A DNA stretch of 64,000 bases from Cyclobacteriaceae bacterium (lineage in GTDB: Bacteria; Bacteroidota; Bacteroidia; Cytophagales; Cyclobacteriaceae): NCBI GenBank assembly GCA_049430945.1, contig JBMTCO010000005.1, positions 1,001-65,000 of the forward strand, written 5' to 3'. Shown in pieces: positions 1 to 9,528 of the stretch. The number at the start of each line of letters is the position of its first letter. Position 1 is the first letter of the stretch. The notes under the pieces are model-generated. The model saw only the letters and a program-made list of their open reading frames with translations. It was not told the DNA's origin and did no database searches. Position numbers and translations under genes: made by a program.

Positions 1-47
1 AAGACAATTCATGGGCGGATTCAGCAGAAGAAACTGCAGCACAATAA
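1..47 (+). CDS. 3' end of upstream gene (partial; possibly ccmE or another ccm gene)
   Basis: Open frame from nt 3 (DNSWADSAEETAAQ) ends in TAA at 45-47, 10 nt before the ccmF ATG. Identity is inferred from context only. Confidence 0.3.
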   Translation, partial: DNSWADSAEETAAQ

Positions 48-57
48 CCTTATCATC

Positions 58-2592
58 ATGCATTACCTGATCGGTGACTTAGGTCATTTTTTTGTTTTGC
101 TGGCAGCGGTGTCTGCAGCATTTACATTTTTTATTTATCTGAAAGCCTCCCGTACTGAAGAAGGTCTTTTAAGAAATCAGTGGCTTGTCAATGGCAGAGC
201 AGGGTTTTATATTCATTTCTTTTCGCTGCTCGGGGTAATTATTTCCCTGTTCAGCATTATCTACAACCATTACTTTGAATACCACTACGCGTATTCTCAT
301 TCCTCAAGACACCTTCCGGTTTACTACATGATTTCCTGCTTCTGGGAAGGGCAGGAAGGAAGTTTTCTTTTATGGATGTTCTGGCAAGCTGTGCTTGGTC
401 TGATTCTGATCCGCACACAAAAAGCCTGGGAGGGTCCTGTGATGAGTATTTTCTCTCTTGTTCAGGCGTTCCTGGGTTCCATGATTATGGGTGTGGTAAT
501 TCCGGGGCTTGATTTGAAGCTGGGAAGTTCTCCATTCATCCTGCTGCGCGATGCCATTCAGGATCCCATCTTCCTTTCCAACCCTGATTTCATTCCTGCA
601 GATGGTAACGGGCTTAATCCGTTGTTACAGAATTACTGGATGGTCATTCATCCTCCAACCCTTTTCCTTGGATTTGCAGCCACACTTGTTCCATTTTCAT
701 TTTGTATGGCCGGGCTTTATTTCGGGAAATTTACAGAGTGGATCAAACCTGCTTTGCCATGGTCTCTTTTCGGAGGTGCAGTACTTGGAATTGGCATCAT
801 GATGGGTGGTTACTGGGCCTATGAAACTTTGAGTTTCGGCGGATACTGGAACTGGGATCCTGTGGAAAATGCTGTCTACGTTCCATGGCTTATTCTGATC
901 GCATCCATCCACACACTGATGCTTTATAAGTCAAAACAGCGCGGATTGAGAACATCGGTTATTCTGGTGGTCAGCGTATTCATATTAATCCTCTATTCAA
1001 CATTTCTTACACGAAGTGGTATTCTGGGTGATGCATCGGTCCATTCATTCACAGACCTCGGGCTTTCCGGTCAACTACTGATCTATCTTCTGGTTTTTAC
1101 CGCAGCAGCTGTCATTGCCATAATCTGGCGATGGAAGCAACTCCCAGCGACTGATCAGGAACTGGATACCTACTCGGCTGAGTTCTGGATCTTCATGGGT
1201 ACTGCCATTTTATGCCTGATGGGCTTCCAGGTACTGATTCCAACCTCCTTCCCCGTTATCAATAAAGTTGCAGGATTCTTTGGCATTTCATCAGCGATGG
1301 CTCCGCCTGCAGATCAGGTTGGCTTTTACAGCCGTCTTCAACTATGGTTTGCCGTAGCGACAGCATTTCTTTCAGGCATGGCTCAGTTTTTCTGGTGGGG
1401 TCGTCTCCGAAAGGAGTTTTCCCTGAAACCAATCCTGCTGCCCCTGCTTGCATCTGCATTGTTCTCTCTGCTGATCATTAACACCTACCAGATCTACCGG
1501 ATTGATTTTGCCTGCCTGATGTTTTCCGGTGTCTTTATCATTGTGTCGAATGTTTTGGTGCTTGCCTCCGTGCTTCGCAAAAAACCTATAATCAGTGGTG
1601 GCGCTGTAACGCATATTGGCGTAGGCCTTATGCTTATCGGAATTCTTTTTTCTTCCGGCTATTCCAAAGTCGTATCACTGAACAACAGTGGACTGCCGAT
1701 TTCTAAAAGTGCAAGCACCGAATTCAACAGAGATAACCTCCTGCTTTTTATCAATGAGCCAAGAAGAATGGCAGGTTATGACATAGAGTACAGAGGCGAC
1801 AGAATTCTTGATAATGCAACCGGCACCTTCCTTCGAAAGTCGGAGATTATTTTGACAGATGACCCTTACCGAGTTAAAGCAAAAAATTCCATCAGCAGGG
1901 AAGAAAAAGACTTGTATAATTCCGGTGACACCATTGACATCAATCCTGAAAATACCTACTTCGAAATTGAACTGAAGCGTGACGGCAAGCTTGCTGCAAG
2001 ACTTTTTCCAAGAGTACAAATGAATCCTTCCATGGGTATGCTGAGCTCACCTGATATAACAAGGGGTGTTGCGTCAGATTTATACACTCATATTTCAGCT
2101 AGTGTTTCTACCGGAGATCCTCAGGATGTAGAATGGAGCAAGCCTGAGCAGGTTACCGTTAAAACCGGAGAACAGTTTTTTGTTAATGACTATGTTGCCG
2201 TTGTAGAGAAAGTACAGCCTGTGACTGAAATAGCAGGCATTCAGCTTGAAAGTGATGACGTGGCAGCAATGGCAATAATTAAAATTCAGGGCGAATATGA
2301 AACTTATACCTCAAGCCCTGTTTTTCTGATACGGAATACATCCGGTGATGCAGCAGTAGGATACCTTCCTGATGAGGTCAGTGATCTGGGCGTGAAGCTT
2401 ACGCTGATCAATATCCTGCCAAAGGAAGAAAAATTTACAGTTGGAATTACCACGCGACAAAAAGATTGGGTAATCATCAAAGCGATGGAGAAACCATTTA
2501 TAAATATCCTGTGGCTTGGAACCGGACTATTGTCAATCGGGTTTGTAATGGCGATGATCCGACGATTCAGGGAGTTCAGAGAAAAGGCTTAA
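58..2592 (+). CDS. ccmF: Cytochrome c biogenesis heme lyase, CcmF/CcsA family
   Basis: 844 aa multi-TM protein with the WWD motif GGYWNWDPVEN, plus WEGQEGS, HPP and FLTRSG motifs typical of CcmF/NrfE. Confidence 0.9.
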   Translation: MHYLIGDLGHFFVLLAAVSAAFTFFIYLKASRTEEGLLRNQWLVNGRAGFYIHFFSLLGVIISLFSIIYNHYFEYHYAYSHSSRHLPVYYMISCFWEGQEGSFLLWMFWQAVLGLILIRTQKAWEGPVMSIFSLVQAFLGSMIMGVVIPGLDLKLGSSPFILLRDAIQDPIFLSNPDFIPADGNGLNPLLQNYWMVIHPPTLFLGFAATLVPFSFCMAGLYFGKFTEWIKPALPWSLFGGAVLGIGIMMGGYWAYETLSFGGYWNWDPVENAVYVPWLILIASIHTLMLYKSKQRGLRTSVILVVSVFILILYSTFLTRSGILGDASVHSFTDLGLSGQLLIYLLVFTAAAVIAIIWRWKQLPATDQELDTYSAEFWIFMGTAILCLMGFQVLIPTSFPVINKVAGFFGISSAMAPPADQVGFYSRLQLWFAVATAFLSGMAQFFWWGRLRKEFSLKPILLPLLASALFSLLIINTYQIYRIDFACLMFSGVFIIVSNVLVLASVLRKKPIISGGAVTHIGVGLMLIGILFSSGYSKVVSLNNSGLPISKSASTEFNRDNLLLFINEPRRMAGYDIEYRGDRILDNATGTFLRKSEIILTDDPYRVKAKNSISREEKDLYNSGDTIDINPENTYFEIELKRDGKLAARLFPRVQMNPSMGMLSSPDITRGVASDLYTHISASVSTGDPQDVEWSKPEQVTVKTGEQFFVNDYVAVVEKVQPVTEIAGIQLESDDVAAMAIIKIQGEYETYTSSPVFLIRNTSGDAAVGYLPDEVSDLGVKLTLINILPKEEKFTVGITTRQKDWVIIKAMEKPFINILWLGTGLLSIGFVMAMIRRFREFREKA

Positions 2593-2598
2593 CAGCAA

Positions 2599-3564
2599 TC
2601 AGCTGTTCATCAGTTTTCCGATGATATCATTTACGGTTATACCTTCAGCTTCAGCCCTGAAGTTGCGGACGATTCTGTGACGTAGCACAGGTACTGCTAC
2701 AGCCTTTACATCTTCAATATCAGGTGCATATTTTCCGTTCATCAGCGCGTTGCACTTGGCCCCGAGAATCAGGTATTGCGATGCCCTCGGGCCTGCTCCC
2801 CACTCCAGCCATTCTGATGCAATCTGGGATTGCATGCCGGGGCGGGTCCTCTGTACCAGACTTACCGCATACTCAATAACGTTATCGGGCACAGGAACTC
2901 TGCGTACGAGGCTCTGATAGGCGATGATATCATCTGAGGCAATCAGTTTCTCAACAACAGGTAATTCACCGGTGGTAGTGGCCTTGACAATAGCTACCTC
3001 ATCCCGGTAGGCGGGATAGTCCAGCCAGATGTTAAACATAAAGCGGTCTAGCTGTGCTTCAGGCAGCGGGTAGGTCCCCTCCTGTTCAATCGGATTTTGT
3101 GTGGCAAGAACAAAAAATGGCTGTGGCAGAGGGTACCGCTGGCCGGCGATAGTGACAGCATATTCCTGCATAGATTCCAGCAGCGCTGCCTGGGTTTTTG
3201 GTGGCGTCCGGTTGATCTCATCAGCCAAAATGATATTTGCGAATACAGGGCCTTTTACGAAGTGAAAATTGCGGTCCTTGTCAAGTGTTTCAGACCCCAC
3301 AATATCGGAGGGCATTAGGTCAGGTGTAAACTGAATTCTTTTGAACTGGAGATCAAGCGCACCTGCTATCGTCTGAACAAGCAATGTTTTGGCAAGGCCC
3401 GGAACACCAACAAGCAATGCATGCCCCTTGCAAAAAATGCTGAGCAGCATCAAATGAACAACCTCCTGTTGCCCCACAACCACTCGTGCTATTTCTGCTT
3501 TAAGTTTTTTTGCATCTTCAGCAAGCGCATTGGCTGCTGCCACATCATCGGCGAATTTAGACAT
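2599..3564 (-). CDS. MoxR family AAA+ ATPase
   Basis: Walker A GVPGLAKT, RIQFTPDLMPSD, ADEINR, ATQNPIEQEGTYPLPEAQLDRF. Confidence 0.95.
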   Translation of the reverse strand: MSKFADDVAAANALAEDAKKLKAEIARVVVGQQEVVHLMLLSIFCKGHALLVGVPGLAKTLLVQTIAGALDLQFKRIQFTPDLMPSDIVGSETLDKDRNFHFVKGPVFANIILADEINRTPPKTQAALLESMQEYAVTIAGQRYPLPQPFFVLATQNPIEQEGTYPLPEAQLDRFMFNIWLDYPAYRDEVAIVKATTTGELPVVEKLIASDDIIAYQSLVRRVPVPDNVIEYAVSLVQRTRPGMQSQIASEWLEWGAGPRASQYLILGAKCNALMNGKYAPDIEDVKAVAVPVLRHRIVRNFRAEAEGITVNDIIGKLMNS

Positions 3565-3591
3565 ATCTATTTTGAGGGTTAAACAGGATAG

Positions 3592-4953
3592 TCAATCAAG
3601 AATCCTGCACCTTTTGTACTCAGGATCTATATTAATAAAAACATCATTTTTGGCCTTGACGAACCATTTATCCAGTACTTTATCCTTTTTTTCTGCCAGT
3701 GCAGCAGCCTGAATGCGATACCAGTCCTCTCTTAAGTTTGCCTGATGTGGTGAGAATTTAGTTTTAAAATAAATAATTCTAACGGCGCTTTTACCTTCAT
3801 CTGTACGGTAAGGAACAGGCTTCGAGATATTTCCAACCTTCATTGTATCAATGGTAAAATAGATGACCGGATCAATCTCTTTTGTTGAGATCTTAGAACC
3901 GCCTGAAGGATCGGACAGATATCCTCCGCGAAGTTTAGTGCCGGCATCATCTGAAAATTCTTTTGCTGCTTTTTCAAATTTTATCGAATCCCGAATCACC
4001 AGTGTTCTGATGCTGTCCAGAAAACGCTCTGCATCCCTAAGATCCTGATCAGAAGGGACAGGGTTCACGAGGATATGTCGGGAAGTATATTCATTGCCTC
4101 TCCTTCCAATTAACTGCATAACATGGAAGCCAAAAGGTGATTCAAAAGGCTGTGATATCTCTCCCGGTTTCAGCTTGAACGCCATAGCTTCATAGGAAGG
4201 AACCATGGCACCGCGACCGACCGTCCCCATTTCACCACCATTAGAGGCAGCAGAAGGGTCTTCAGAATATCTTTTTGCAAGCTCATTGAAATTTTCACCT
4301 GCAATAATTCTGCTTCGCAAGTCACTCAACCTTCGCTTAGTTTCCTCTTTCTGATTGTTACTCACTTTCGCAATGCGTACAATTTGCCCTATTTCAACAT
4401 CAGAGTCATAATAGGGAAGACTATCAGATGGAATTTTATTGAAGAATCTTTTTACTTCGCTCGGAGTTATAGTAACCTCTTTGGTGATATTATCCTGCAT
4501 CTGCTGAGCCAGCAATTGTTCTTTTATCTGATCCCTTAATTCGGTGCGGATCTCATCCATGGTTTTTCCGTAAACCTCCTCTAGCTGGTCCGGAGAGCTG
4601 TTGGAGGATTGCAGAATGTAATTCATCCTTTGCTGCGTATTCTGATCCACCTGTGCATCTGAGACCTCAACTGAATCTATTTCAGCTTTCGCCACCAGCA
4701 TTTTGTTAACAATAAGTCTGCTCAGCAAATCACATTTAGCCTCTTCAGAGGGCGGATTACCGTCTGCGAGATAATTTTGATAAGCCCCTTCAAGTTCTGA
4801 TTTCAGGACTATGTAGTTGTCGACCTTGGAAATGATTTTGTCTACGACAAAACCTTTTGTTTCCTGAGCATTCAGCCTGCCGGCGAGTCCGACACATACG
4901 GCGAACAGGCTAAGGATATATTTCAAACTGCTTGTTTCGTACCGCATTTTCAT
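3592..4953 (-). CDS. surA: SurA-like peptidyl-prolyl cis-trans isomerase/chaperone
   Basis: Signal peptide, SurA N-domain (VDKIISKVDNYIVLKSEL), two parvulin domains (YSEDP..GGEMG, FESPFGFH). Start ambiguous (4947/4953/4962). Confidence 0.85.
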   Translation of the reverse strand: MKMRYETSSLKYILSLFAVCVGLAGRLNAQETKGFVVDKIISKVDNYIVLKSELEGAYQNYLADGNPPSEEAKCDLLSRLIVNKMLVAKAEIDSVEVSDAQVDQNTQQRMNYILQSSNSSPDQLEEVYGKTMDEIRTELRDQIKEQLLAQQMQDNITKEVTITPSEVKRFFNKIPSDSLPYYDSDVEIGQIVRIAKVSNNQKEETKRRLSDLRSRIIAGENFNELAKRYSEDPSAASNGGEMGTVGRGAMVPSYEAMAFKLKPGEISQPFESPFGFHVMQLIGRRGNEYTSRHILVNPVPSDQDLRDAERFLDSIRTLVIRDSIKFEKAAKEFSDDAGTKLRGGYLSDPSGGSKISTKEIDPVIYFTIDTMKVGNISKPVPYRTDEGKSAVRIIYFKTKFSPHQANLREDWYRIQAAALAEKKDKVLDKWFVKAKNDVFINIDPEYKRCRILD

Positions 4954-5788
4954 AGATTTCATTTTCCAATTTTCGCGAAAGTTCAGCTTTTCTTTTATTT
5001 AAAATGATGTTTTTTATGTCCGAGCGAACAAATTCCAGTGGCGATTCATTATCGGAGATTTTATAAGCGTCTATTTTAAGGAAATAGAGGTGGTCATTGT
5101 CATTGGTCTCATAATAATTGTAGGACCTCAAAAACTGTACTTTGTTAGGGATGTCAGCCAGAGGTGAATTGACTGCAAGTTTATCAAATTCTACCCAGGA
5201 TGAGTCCGTTAAATGATATGCAGAGGAGAAACTCAGACAATAAGATTTAAGTGCTTCCTGATCTTTGGAGTTTGTTGAGTAAAGCATTGCCTTAATGCGG
5301 TTGGTCCTTGGTGCCCCTTTAGGAACCTTTATAAAGGTGGCTCGGACGATATTTTTTTTCAGAATGAAATTATCCTTGTGATCTGAATAGTATTGTGAGA
5401 TTTCCTGATCTGAAACGGAATCAACAAGGTTTTTGCGGATGTAGAAATTCTGATATTCATAACCAATGAGGCTATATCGGTATTCAAGGATTTTCCTTTC
5501 AACTTCCGCCTCATTGATATTGATTTTCTTTTCAGCTTCCTGCATAACCAGCTGCTTGCGGATCCAGCTGTTCACATAGGCCATTACGCGGGCAGTGGAA
5601 TCATTTTTAGTCACACCTGAAGTGGCAATTCCTTCAAGTTCATCTTCATAGAGCAGCACGTTATTTACCCTTGCCACCGCCCTTCGGGGATTTGCGGCGG
5701 GATCCGGCTTTCTTCTGATCAGGTCACAACCTGTTAATATTACAGCAGGAAAGAGTAACAAAAAAAGTCTGACAAAAGTTCTGTTCAT
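4910..5788 (-). CDS. PPIase-cluster lipoprotein (SurA/rotamase-like, probably non-catalytic)
   Basis: Lipobox ILTGC, VARVNNVLLY, and C-terminal PLEFVRSDIKNIILNKRK; sits between two PPIase genes. Confidence 0.7.
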   Translation of the reverse strand: MNRTFVRLFLLLFPAVILTGCDLIRRKPDPAANPRRAVARVNNVLLYEDELEGIATSGVTKNDSTARVMAYVNSWIRKQLVMQEAEKKININEAEVERKILEYRYSLIGYEYQNFYIRKNLVDSVSDQEISQYYSDHKDNFILKKNIVRATFIKVPKGAPRTNRIKAMLYSTNSKDQEALKSYCLSFSSAYHLTDSSWVEFDKLAVNSPLADIPNKVQFLRSYNYYETNDNDHLYFLKIDAYKISDNESPLEFVRSDIKNIILNKRKAELSRKLENEIYENAVRNKQFEIYP

Positions 5789-7785
5789 AGTTTCAGGGTT
5801 GGTGCGTCTGACCCTTTGGGTGAGGATAATTTTCTAAAGATCAGCTTTTTGGCTTTTTCATCTACCGAAACAGGAAATTGTTTGCGTAATTCCAGCAACC
5901 ATTTTTCTTCAACCTCATCCTGGTAATCAGAAATAACTGACGCCCTGGCTTCCTGCAGGGTCTTAAGACCGGGCGGAATAAGCCTCTTGATTTCTACAAG
6001 CCAGATGACTGAACGATCATCCGTCCGAAACAACCCCGGCTGCCATAATACTTTGTCAATGACCTTATTTTCTCCTTTTTCATAATTTCTGAACGGAGTT
6101 ACGGTACGGAATTTTCGTAAATCGGCCGAGGTAATGGAGTCACCTCTTTTATATTTTTCTAAAAATAACGCTGCCGTAACTGAATCTGAAACGGATAACA
6201 ATCGTGCTCTGATCCGTTCGCCTGCATGATATTTAAATGAATTCGCATTATAGTATAACCGTTGCCCGGTTGTGTCTGTGCCGGCCTTTTTCCAGACTTC
6301 CGATTCCATAATTGAAAAGAGTAAAATCCCCTCTCTGTACTCCTTGAGAAGCATCCGGTAGCTTTCATTTTCACTTTCAAGTTTTCTTTCCTCTGCCTGC
6401 ATTGCCTTCAGGGAAATAAGACCATCCATCATTTGTCTCATAAGTTCAGATGGTTTGATTTCATTGAATGCCGAAGGCGGCAATGGTTGCTGAACCTCAC
6501 CGATAAAATTTACAAATGCCCATACAGGTACCGAAGAATTACCCAGGGTAAAAAGAATTGAAGAACGGAAGTCCGGATCTCCGAAAAATTGCCATTTACC
6601 CTCAAGCAGCGTTGAATCAGAATGGGAGAGCATTTTTGATACCACCTCAGCATTCTCAGTATATCCAAAAACCTTTTTTTGCCTTTCAAGGTGTTTAATT
6701 GCAGAAAGATAACTGCGCTCATCCATTGAAATTCTCTTTTCCAGCTCAGAAGCATAAGCTGAGAATTCGGGGAGGCTTATTGTTTTTTCAAGTCTGATCA
6801 AATGCCAGCCAAAGGCAGTCAATACAGGTTCAGAAAGTTCTCCGCTGAATCTGAGAGCAAAAGCAGCATTTTCAAATTCGGGGGCCGAAGTATCAAACCC
6901 TCCCCTTCGAAAAGGCTGTAATCTGCCAAACTGATCAGGGGCAGACTGATCTTCAGAATAATTTTTAAATATATCTACCCATTTTTCTCCCGCCTCGAGC
7001 TTTGCTTTTGCTTCCCTGATTTTTTGTAATCCTTTTTCATCACGTGCGCGTACCATGATGTGTGAAACCTCTACCTGGTTTCCGGCAGGACGACGATCTG
7101 TAACTTTAATAAGATGATAACCATAACGGGTCCGCACCGGCATTGATACAGTCCCTACCGGCGTGTTGTATGCCACAGACTCAAAAGGATATACCATCTC
7201 AAGTGCTGAAAAATATCCAAGGTCGCCTCCGGACTGAGCAGCGCCCGGATCTGATGAGTAGGTTTTGACCAATGAAACAAAGTCTTCACCGCCAAGAATT
7301 TTTTTACGGATGTCCAAGGCTTGATTCCATACATGCAATGTATCGGCAGGAAGGGCATTTTCATCAAGAGGTAATAAAAGATGGGATGCTCTTATTTCCT
7401 CTTTCATTCTTTCATAGGCTTCTTCAGCCAGTTTTTCACTGTCGCTCCTTCGGGTCAGATAGCTTTTCAGGAGTTCATTTTTATATCCCTGAAATTCAGA
7501 TTTGAAAGCTGCTGTGGTATCCAGTCCGCGGGCATAGGCTTGAGAAACCTTAAGCTTAAAGTTGATGTATAGGTTCAGGTATTCTTCCACCCCCTTTTTA
7601 TTAAAAGCCTCGGGGTTATTTTTGTGATTCTTTCTGAAAAGATATTCGAACTCTGAAACGGGAACCTCCTGGGTTCCTGCAGTAAACAGTATCCGTTGAT
7701 GATCATGGCCGGCCTTACCGGGATGCTTTTTGACCTGGCCAAAAGCGGTAATGCAAGCGAATATTAAAAGGTAAATATGTCTCAT
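5785..7785 (-). CDS. Peptidyl-prolyl cis-trans isomerase (two parvulin domains)
   Basis: SHLLL...YSSDP...GGDLGYF...PVRTRYGYHLIK and a second rotamase unit (FGWHLI). ATG 7785 (MRHIYLL) is preferred over the ORF-track start 7833. Confidence 0.9.
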   Translation of the reverse strand: MRHIYLLIFACITAFGQVKKHPGKAGHDHQRILFTAGTQEVPVSEFEYLFRKNHKNNPEAFNKKGVEEYLNLYINFKLKVSQAYARGLDTTAAFKSEFQGYKNELLKSYLTRRSDSEKLAEEAYERMKEEIRASHLLLPLDENALPADTLHVWNQALDIRKKILGGEDFVSLVKTYSSDPGAAQSGGDLGYFSALEMVYPFESVAYNTPVGTVSMPVRTRYGYHLIKVTDRRPAGNQVEVSHIMVRARDEKGLQKIREAKAKLEAGEKWVDIFKNYSEDQSAPDQFGRLQPFRRGGFDTSAPEFENAAFALRFSGELSEPVLTAFGWHLIRLEKTISLPEFSAYASELEKRISMDERSYLSAIKHLERQKKVFGYTENAEVVSKMLSHSDSTLLEGKWQFFGDPDFRSSILFTLGNSSVPVWAFVNFIGEVQQPLPPSAFNEIKPSELMRQMMDGLISLKAMQAEERKLESENESYRMLLKEYREGILLFSIMESEVWKKAGTDTTGQRLYYNANSFKYHAGERIRARLLSVSDSVTAALFLEKYKRGDSITSADLRKFRTVTPFRNYEKGENKVIDKVLWQPGLFRTDDRSVIWLVEIKRLIPPGLKTLQEARASVISDYQDEVEEKWLLELRKQFPVSVDEKAKKLIFRKLSSPKGSDAPTLKL

Positions 7786-7849
7786 CTGGAATTCGGACGG
7801 CAAAAATAAGCCATTCACCGCTTTTAACGGCAATAGCCGGATTTCATTG

Positions 7850-8332
7850 TTATTTATCTCCGGCAGTGGTTACCCGCAACCCAAGACTTTTTATTCCGCT
7901 GATTGAGTCTTTCCGCATCATCTGCCAGAAAGTAAACCGGAATTCTCCGGCTTCAGGAAACCTGAAATTCCGCTTTATCGGTTGTTCAAGCTCATATAAA
8001 TCACCAATGCCACTTTTTCCTGAAGGGGTCCCTGTTACAGGATCAAACAGCACGGCTTGCATAAGCCCGCTGTCGAGGCGATGCCCGATGCTATCCCGGA
8101 TCTCATATCCTGCAAAAAAACGGGACCACTCGTAATCGGAAGAATAGCGGATGCCCAGCCAGATGTTATTGACCTCCGCAGCATTTCCGGATCTGAATAC
8201 AAACCTTACTGTATCCGTGCTTGTCAGATACGTATCTATGTCGGCATACTTATGAAATCCCGGCTTAATCTCACAGGAGGATCCCATAATCAGCAGAATA
8301 AAAAAAATGCTGATGGAAATGCTTGATTTCAT
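7850..8332 (-). CDS. gldH: Gliding motility lipoprotein GldH
   Basis: Lipobox GSSC, IRYSSDYEWS, SGIGDL, FPEAGEFRF..QMMR..GIKSLGLRV; downstream of a PSP1 gene as is usual in Bacteroidota. Confidence 0.85.
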   Translation of the reverse strand: MKSSISISIFFILLIMGSSCEIKPGFHKYADIDTYLTSTDTVRFVFRSGNAAEVNNIWLGIRYSSDYEWSRFFAGYEIRDSIGHRLDSGLMQAVLFDPVTGTPSGKSGIGDLYELEQPIKRNFRFPEAGEFRFTFWQMMRKDSISGIKSLGLRVTTAGDK

Positions 8333-9489
8333 TGACCTGGATTATTTGGCTGTTGCCTTGAGGGGTTTACGGGGCCTCTGTTTCTTACAGACTTGTTTTT
8401 TCTCTTTTTCCCTTTGGACTTATTGCGGTATTTTTTATCAAGCTGGGCGAGATCCGTATTGAGTGGACCTGCCGGCAGTTGTTCTTCTGTATCTTTTTCA
8501 AGGGTTGCCGGCTTGATACCTTTTTTATTCTGTTCAATTATCTGAGCCACACGATCTGCTGAAAGTGGATACCAGGAATTTTCATCCCTGTAACCGAACC
8601 ACATAATCCGACGGAAAATATCTGTTTTCTGAAGTGCTGCATCTCCGCGCTGGGTCTGCAGAGGGGCTTCAAGTTTGGGGATTTCCTTGAGCGCTTCCAT
8701 GTACGTTTCCAGCTCATAATTCAGACAACATTTTAAACGCCCGCACTGGCCTGAAAGCTTTGAGGGATTGAGTGATAAATTCTGATATCGTGCAGCACTG
8801 GTGGCCACATTTTTAAAGTCAGTAAGCCAGGTTGAGCAGCAGAGCTCCCGGCCGCAAACACCTATTCCACCAAGCCGACCCGCCTCCTGTCTGAGACTGA
8901 TCTGGCGCATTTCAATGCGGGTTTTAAATTCAGATGCCAGGGTTTTAATAAGCTCACGGAAATCAACGCGGTCCTCCGCAGAATAATAGAATGTGGCCTT
9001 GGTGTTATCTGCCTGATACTCTACATCCGAAAGTTTCATCTGCAGTTTGTATCGCTGAATAATTTCCCGACCCCTGAAAATGGCAGGCTCCTCTTTTTTA
9101 CGGACCTCATCAAAACGCTCAAGATCTTTGGCGTGAGCAATCCGGTATATCTTTTTTATTTCTGAATTATTAGGGACATTTTTCTTCATCATCTGAAGGC
9201 GGACCAGTTCGCCCTGAAGAGCAACATATCCTATGTGATGACCATTGGGAACTTCCACCACAACAGCGTCTCCAGTGTGCAGATGAAGATTTTCTGTATT
9301 TCGGAAAAATTCCTTTCGTCCGTTTTTAAAACGAACCTCCACCACATCAAAACGCTGAGCGGAGGGCACCTCCATATCGGAAAGCCAGTCAAACGTATTT
9401 AGCCGGTTACAGCCGCCTGTTCCACAGGTGCCGTTATTCTGACACCCTGTTACCTTATCGGTTCCGCCGGTTCCGCATGCACAACCCAT
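8329..9489 (-). CDS. PSP1/RicT (YaaT) family regulatory iron-sulfur protein
   Basis: VEVRFK, FYYSAEDRVDFRELIK, GGIGVCGRELCC, KLSGQCGRLKCCLNYE. Confidence 0.9.
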   Translation of the reverse strand: MGCACGTGGTDKVTGCQNNGTCGTGGCNRLNTFDWLSDMEVPSAQRFDVVEVRFKNGRKEFFRNTENLHLHTGDAVVVEVPNGHHIGYVALQGELVRLQMMKKNVPNNSEIKKIYRIAHAKDLERFDEVRKKEEPAIFRGREIIQRYKLQMKLSDVEYQADNTKATFYYSAEDRVDFRELIKTLASEFKTRIEMRQISLRQEAGRLGGIGVCGRELCCSTWLTDFKNVATSAARYQNLSLNPSKLSGQCGRLKCCLNYELETYMEALKEIPKLEAPLQTQRGDAALQKTDIFRRIMWFGYRDENSWYPLSADRVAQIIEQNKKGIKPATLEKDTEEQLPAGPLNTDLAQLDKKYRNKSKGKKRKNKSVRNRGPVNPSRQQPNNPGQ

Positions 9490-9528
9490 CTGCTCGTAAT
9501 TCGGTTAAAAAAGCGTTATCTGTAATTG

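Noticed and set aside
2201-2217. 9/10 match to the operator (TTGTA-GAGAAAG-TACAG); another at 3843-3859
   Set aside because: Both lie inside coding sequences with no -7 box in register, and one-mismatch hits are expected by chance. Coding regions were not scanned exhaustively.
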